DNA from: the human T2T-CHM13v2.0 reference genome, Homo sapiens
Strand: one strand, 5' to 3'
Length of the DNA stretch: 64,000 nucleotides
NCBI RefSeq assembly: GCF_009914755.1
Contig: NC_060936.1
Under the pieces are notes generated by a model. It was not told the DNA's origin, ran no database searches, and saw only the letters and a list, made by a program, of their open reading frames with translations. Position numbers and translations under genes: made by a program. Position 1 is the first letter of the stretch; every line of letters begins with the position of its first letter. This document shows positions 57,331 to 64,000 of the stretch, piece after piece.

Positions 57331-58256
57331 TTTAGCCAATATGGATGTCTCTCTCTTAAAAGTCTGCCCTGTAAACCATTATTGAGCACTTTTGACCCTG
57401 TGAACATTTTGCAGGGAGATGGAGGAAAGAAGAAAAGAGAGGGGAGGGGAGGGGAGGGAAGGGAGGAAGGAAGGAAAGTTTCTTTAGAACACTTTGCAAA
57501 CTCTATAGAGGATTAGAAAGCTAGATCATAGTCTTTCAGAGAGAAAATGAATGCAAATCCTAGAAACATCCTGTCATGTGTGAACCCGACACTATTCTCC
57601 ACTGGGAGTGCAGTCATTGCTCTGATCTGGCTGGCTTTAGAATGAGAACCTCCTCTCTGCTATATGAAGAGGGAACAACTTGTGCAAACTCTAACAGAGG
57701 AAAGGAAACCCATTTGCAACCAAAAATCAGAAGCCACGTCTATTGCCTGGTCCTCCTTGATGCCAAGCTCTGCACACAAAGCCAGGTGTCTTCTGTTCTA
57801 TTCTCTCCATCATTTACAGAATGATTTAGTTAGTAAGGCAGGACCCACCATTTAGTGAAAACAACAATAACATCAACAAATCATAATAAATTTCTTCATA
57901 GAGGTAATTCATTTCTTTTCCATCAACTTGCCTGTTTCTGTACTAAGACAATAAATACGTTTTTGTTACTTTAACTCTAGTTTTTATTTTGGCATCTCGG
58001 GGACAAATCTCCTCAACTCTGACTTCTGTGCTTCTTCCTGAAAATCATGTTGGCAATTCTGGTAGTTTTTCCTTTTCTATTTCAGAGAATCAGATGAAAT
58101 CAATGAATCACCACTATCTTCCCCCAATTTCTATCTCACCCATGGCCAAAGTTAGATTGTAGAGTTCAAACTCTTCTGTACTAGACAAACTGCATAGATA
58201 TGGAGTATGTAGCCGCCTCTCTCCCTGAAATGAGCTGGCAGCCTTGGGTGCATTCT

Positions 58257-58304
<48 letters not shown>

Positions 58305-58313
58305 CGCGCGTGC
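58257..58313. repeat. (TG)18(CG)7 alternating purine-pyrimidine tract
   Basis: Seen directly. Confidence 0.97.
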
Positions 58314-58947
58314 TAGAAGATGGGTAAGGAAGAGTTTTAATAAAGGGCAACTAAGGAAATTTGAGAAACAAGTTAAGTCAGAAAGTGGCAGTACCTAGAC
58401 CAAAACCCACTTTTTCTTAATACAAGTTGTCTGTTTTTCTCTACTCACTGATCTGCAATGGACATCTGGAAACTTCCATAGGTTTTGAAGAAGATAACAA
58501 AAATGTGTATGATGACGAGTATATTGAGGTTGCTATGAGTCCTTTCTTGCCTGGAAATTTTCTCTATTCTGCTATTTTGTAGTTCATATCTTTCATAAGA
58601 AAAAAATGTCCTCTGTCACATGAAATTCTGATGACAGTACATAATATTGGATAAATATTTTATATCTATAATTCACAAAATAAAATACAGGCAATATTTT
58701 CTAGCACCCTCATTAAGATCAGTAGACAACAGATAGCAAGATGGAGAGAGAGAGAGAGAGAGGATTCCTTTTGTTCAGTTGGCATTAAATATTTTTCTCT
58801 TAAGGAAAGAGGATTTTGAATTGGACATTTATCCCCCAAGAACAGAGAACCCTCATAAAATACAGAGATGGAGTAGTTTCTGGTCCCCATCTCGATAGAA
58901 TAAATGGGAGAATGTTGTGTTGACCTGACTTCTGACTCTAGTGTTAG

Positions 58948-59276
<329 letters not shown>

Positions 59277-59340
59277 TTCTTTTTCTTTTTTTTTTAAATG
59301 TCTCTCTTTTCTACTGTTAGTGCTGATTATTTTTAGTGAC

Positions 59341-59741
59341 TGTCTTAGTCTATTCTCACATTGCTATAAAGATATACCTGAAACTGGGTAATTTATAAAG
59401 AAAAGAGGTTTAATCAGCTCATAGTTCTGGGGGTTGTACAGGCTTCTGCTTCTGGGGAGCCTCAGGAAACTTACAATTATGGCAGAAGGCAAAGGGGAAG
59501 CAAGCACATCTTCACATGGCCAGCAGGAGAGAGAAAGAGAGCAAAGAGAGAAGTGCTACACACTTTCAAACGAGATCTTATGAGAACTCTATCACAAGAT
59601 AGCACTAGGGGGATGGTGATAAACTGTTAGAAACAATCACCATGATCCAATCACCTTCCACCAGGCCCCACCTCCAACACTGGGGCTCACAATTCAACCT
59701 GAGATTTGGGTGGGGTGGGGAGGCAAAGCCAAACCATATCA
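59341..59741 (-). mobile_element. MSTA-like MaLR solo LTR
   Basis: tgtcttagtc...aaccatatca, 401 bp; TSD gtgac/ctgac (1 mismatch). Confidence 0.9.
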
Positions 59742-60038
59742 CTGACTAATTTCTGTGATCTGCAACCAGGTGTCTTATCAGTGTCCCTGGGCTCTTCTCC
59801 TGAGAGCAACAGACACAGAGCTTACTATTAAGGTTAATCACTGCCCTCCAGGTATTTGAAGATGCTCATCTGCACATTCCAGTGACACTCTTCTTGCTCT
59901 GATCTGAATTAATATTTTTCCCTTCCTTTTTAACTGTGGTGGTTCCTTGGCCTTCAACAGATCATTTAGAAACTCAAAATAAATATTTAATTTGGTGTTA
60001 CAATAATATGTTTTATCTTATTGGCCTTGCCTTTATTG

Positions 60039-60259
60039 GGTGATAATGATGGTGATGATAATGGTGATGATGATGATGGTAATTGTATGGTGATGATGAT
60101 GATGGTGATGATGTGATGATGATGATAGTGACAATGATGGTGATGATGCTCCTGATGATAATGGTGATGATGATGATGATGATGATGAAGGTAATGATAA
60201 TGGTAATGGTGATGATGATGATCATGATGATGATATTGATGATGATCATGATGATGATA
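60039..60259. repeat. Degenerate (TGA)n trinucleotide repeat at a MIR tail (MIR ~60256-60415)
   Basis: Seen directly; followed by MIR-like 'atagctaatatttttgaccacttactat'. Confidence 0.93.
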
Positions 60260-61280
60260 GCTAATATTTTTGACCACTTACTATATTCTAGCCACTTTAC
60301 TAAGCATTGTACATACATGATCTACTGAATCCCCACAATCATTTTGTGAGGTATGCATTTTTAACATTTCCATTTTAAAGACGAGAAAGGGAAGGATTAG
60401 AGGGACTAACTTACAGAAGAAAATAAATCAATATGCAAAGAGAAACAAAATTTGTAGATGGGGGAAGAGAACAACCAAGATAGAGAAGAGATCATTTGAT
60501 TTGACTCCTAGATGAAACAATACCTGAAGCTATCATCATCCCTAAACCTCAGTTTTATGAGCCAATGCATTCTTTTTTCCTTAGAATATTTAAGTCTTAA
60601 TAGTATAACTACAAATATCCTTGATGGTTTTTACATGATAGCTCAACTGATACACTCATTACAAGCTAAATAGAGGTAGTCACTTAAAAAGCTATTATGT
60701 TTCCCCACTGCCCAGTGTCAATACACAGAAGTAATGTCAATCACTTTTTCTCCCCCAGGTCTCAACACGTGGCAGTAGGCAGCAGAATTAATTCCCTGTG
60801 CCTCCTGCAATTCCCTGAGCCTCCCTTTCTCAAAACGCCAGCTTTCTCACAAGGATAGCCTGAGACATACGGAAGTGGGAATGATGTTCTGTTCTCAGGT
60901 GAAGTGTTTGTGCATATGTATGTGTCGGGGGAGAGGAAGGTAAGCAAAACCAGTTGTTCTCAGATGACTTGCAGCACCTGAGCATGTCCTTTATTTTATC
61001 TTTTTTCAAAAAAAAATACTTAATAGCATTTTCACTTCCTAGTTTCTCCATTATGTTGAAGTTGAATAGTCTTTGGTAGGTCTTGTCTTACTTTTCAAGA
61101 ACATTATGGGAATTCTGCAAAAAGATAGCTACATGCAAAGCTATCATTTCTATTGTTACAAAAATATGTGACACACTTACCTTATGCTATCAAAGGATGA
61201 ATGCTATCCTCCACATATCCTTTAAATGGGCTTCACAAGAAGAGGATGGTCCCATTTCTGAACATTCCCTTGTCAATGGA

Positions 61281-61884
61281 TGAGGAGGTTTGCACTCAGT
61301 CAAACTGGTTAAGCTAGAATCATATTTCCCTAAATCTCTTGTCCTGTTTATTTCCAGGTGATGATTGGCCAATAAAATAAATTTAGACGTGATTTGGATA
61401 GTAAAAATGAAGCCACAGTCACTGATCACTGAAGATCATTGTGGGTACAGGTGGGAGCTAAGAGCTAGCAAGGTATCAGTGGGATTTACAAGTCTTTTCT
61501 TTATTCTTTATCCTGCTCTTCTTGTCAATTGCCAGATTTCCTGACCAACAAAGGGCCCAGGCCGACTGCCACAAGTCTGAATGCAGACCTGCAGAAGCAG
61601 CAGCAACTCAAAAGGACAGCATTCCACAGACCTTCCCTGCACTGCCCTTCATAGCCCACTCTGCAGCTGGACCTGCCTACTCGCCATACACCCTGAAAGC
61701 TCCCACTTATCCACCTAACCTCAACTTGCTCTAGTGTTCGAGGAGGGCTGAGTGGTGGTTTTCCTCGGGCCTTCCAACACTTGCCCTTCTCCCCCAAGTA
61801 TTACAAGCCCTCATTCTAAATATATCCCTGATTTCATAATACTAATAGAAGTGCTGCTTCTCTGATTAAACCCTGACTGACACA
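61281..61884 (+). mobile_element. LTR41-like ERV-L LTR
   Basis: 'taagctagaatcatatttccc...gtgatttgga...tgaagccacag'; ends 'ctgattaaaccctgactgacaca'. Confidence 0.6.
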
Positions 61885-62746
61885 TGGAGTGTTTTATTAC
61901 CATTTAATAAACATCATGTCAAACCTAATGATTTACGGTCAACATAAATTACACAGGGAAGGTGAGCAAAAGAATCCCTTTCCTTTTTGCCTCTATGCTG
62001 TTCTAGTTTCAGCTGGCCTGAGCTTCCCTCTCTTGGACTCTTCAGTCTAACAGCTAACCCATATATGACACAAAGATCAAAGGTCAGATTCTTGGGCTCC
62101 ATTAAGGCTGCTACTTTAAATGACAGCACTATTTATGGACTCTTTATTGAAGACAGATCACCCTTGGAGGCTGCCACAACCTTTACTCATAAATCAGACA
62201 TCAAGTGCCTCTTGGGGGCTAAATACTGCCTCTCCTGTTGAAGACATGAAGGGGTGTAACATATACTCAATTTGCTGCCACACAAGGATTTAGAATCTGC
62301 TTACTCCCTCAACCTAGGACTCAAGGTCCAGACAAGGAAATTTGATTTTTTTTTTCTTCCTTTTTCTTTCCCTGCCAGCCACACACACCAGCCGGTGTTC
62401 CCAGGGGACACTGGCAACTGTATGTAGGCTGAGCTTTGGCGTAGAAGAAATAAATAATCTATAGAAGAAAATACGTCAGAATATTTTCTTATAAAAATGA
62501 AGGAATGACCGTTGCATCATTCCAAGTACCAAAATAATACACTAATTGAAAATTTTCCTCTAAATTTCAATGTTCTCTAACAGAGATTATTCTAACTTAG
62601 TTGTTTTCAACAGGGTCAATTTTGGCAACGTCTTGGGACTTATTTGTAGGTAGTTTGTTTAATCCTCTATGCCTCAATTTCCTTACCTTTAAAGAAAATA
62701 GAAAATATAGTAACGCTATAAGGTTGTTGCAAATAATAAATGAGCT

Positions 62747-63062
62747 GGCCAGGAACAGTGGCTCACGCCTGTAATCCAAGTACTTTGGGAGGCCGAGGTG
62801 GCTGGATCACTTGAGGTCAGGAGTTCGAGACCAGCCTGGCCAATATGGTGAAACCCTGTCCCTACTAAAAATACAAAAATTAGTTGGATGTGGTGGTGCA
62901 TGCCTGTAATCCCAGCTACCTGGGATGCTGAGGCCAGAAAATTGCTTGAACCCAGGAGACAGACATTGTAGTAGGCCAAGATTGCGCCACTGCACTCCAG
63001 CCTGGGTGACAGAGTGAGACTCCATCTCAAAAATAAATAAATAAATAAAAATAATAATAATA
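62747..63062 (+). mobile_element. AluS inserted into a MIR (~62640-63140)
   Basis: Full-length Alu; TSD aataataaatgagct / aataataaatgagtt. Confidence 0.95.
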
Positions 63063-63714
63063 AATGAGTTAATACATGTAAAAACCACTTGAAACAGTGT
63101 CCATTGTTTATAAGCACTTATATGTGCTAGCTATTATGGTTAGGTATACAAATTGAATAAAGGGACTAGCAGTGTGGTGAATGAATTCCCTTTGTAACAT
63201 AATTTGAGTTCATTCTACTTGTAATCTAATACAAATCTTATTAAGCCATATTAAGCCACAATGCATCTAAATGGACAATTTGCTGACCTTGAAACTGAGA
63301 GAATGGGCTAAGAAATTATATTGATGATGATTGCATGACGGTTCATGAAGAGACCAGGATGGAGCCAGGATAAGTGGTAAGAATGGGCATTTGGGTATCA
63401 ATCTTCAAGTTGATCTCACAAGGTAAGAGGCATCTGCATTGGCTCCTGCTACCCTTCATGGGAGATCAATTTCCACAGAGGCTGGTTTCCTGGAAAGCAT
63501 TGACCCCAGAACAGCACAGGGGCCTGGGACTTTTCTGTCTTGTTAAGTAAAAGTTACAAAAACTAATTTATCTTTGTTTAAGTAGAAAATTGAAGCAAGT
63601 GAAACTTGACTGAAATGTACTAACAAGTGGGAGTCGACAGAGACCAGTGACGTGTCCTGCAGTCCAGGTAGGAGCCAACTTCCAGAAATACCTGAGCTCC
63701 AAGCTGCCTATTGG

Positions 63715-64000
63715 GGCAGAAGTCACAGGGGATGTGGGTCAAAGGGTGAAAGTCTCAGTTAGGATGCATAGGCTCTGGAGCTCTGTTAGACATCATGGTG
63801 ACTATAGTTAACAATCGTGGACTGTGTAGGTAAAATTTGCTAAGACAGTAGATCTTAAATGTTACCAAAGCCCTCCCCAATGGTAACTAGGCTAGGAGAT
63901 GGATATGTTAATTGGCTTGATTGTGGTAATCATTTCACAATGTATACCTCTATCAAAACATTCTGCTGTATACCATAAATATATACAATTTTTATTTTTC
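63715..64000 (+). mobile_element. L1MA (MA8/9-like) 3' end, runs off the window
   Basis: 'catggtgactatagttaacaat', 'gcttgattgtggtaatcatttcacaatgtata'. Confidence 0.85.

Noticed and set aside
59987-60328. Poly-His, poly-Ile and poly-Met ORFs
   Set aside because: They are translations of the (TGA)n microsatellite, with no gene context.

Overview
AT-rich, CpG-poor primate (human-like) genomic DNA with no recognisable host protein-coding gene, RNA gene or CpG island; it reads as intergenic or deep intronic sequence. Much of it is interspersed repeat: 13 Alu copies, several L1 fragments (including a 3.5-kb old L1MA and a 5'-inverted L1PA with a 17-bp target-site duplication, TSD), a two-LTR THE1-type MaLR provirus, solo THE1/MST/MLT1/MLT2 LTRs, and a decayed ~3.8-kb ERV-L provirus in which protease-region, RT, integrase and dUTPase remnants are still readable. 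The ORFs in the supplied track are repeat-derived or consistent with chance. I found no convincing new biological system. The most unusual signals are local rearrangement scars: a 247-bp copy sitting 2 kb from its source, a ~500-bp tandem duplication whose start coincides with a deletion breakpoint, a trimeric Alu, a patchwork insertion inside a MIR, and a perfect 17-bp hairpin. There are also a few weak enhancer and non-coding exon candidates. Repeat family names come from recalled consensus sequences, not a database search, and boundaries of old elements are approximate.
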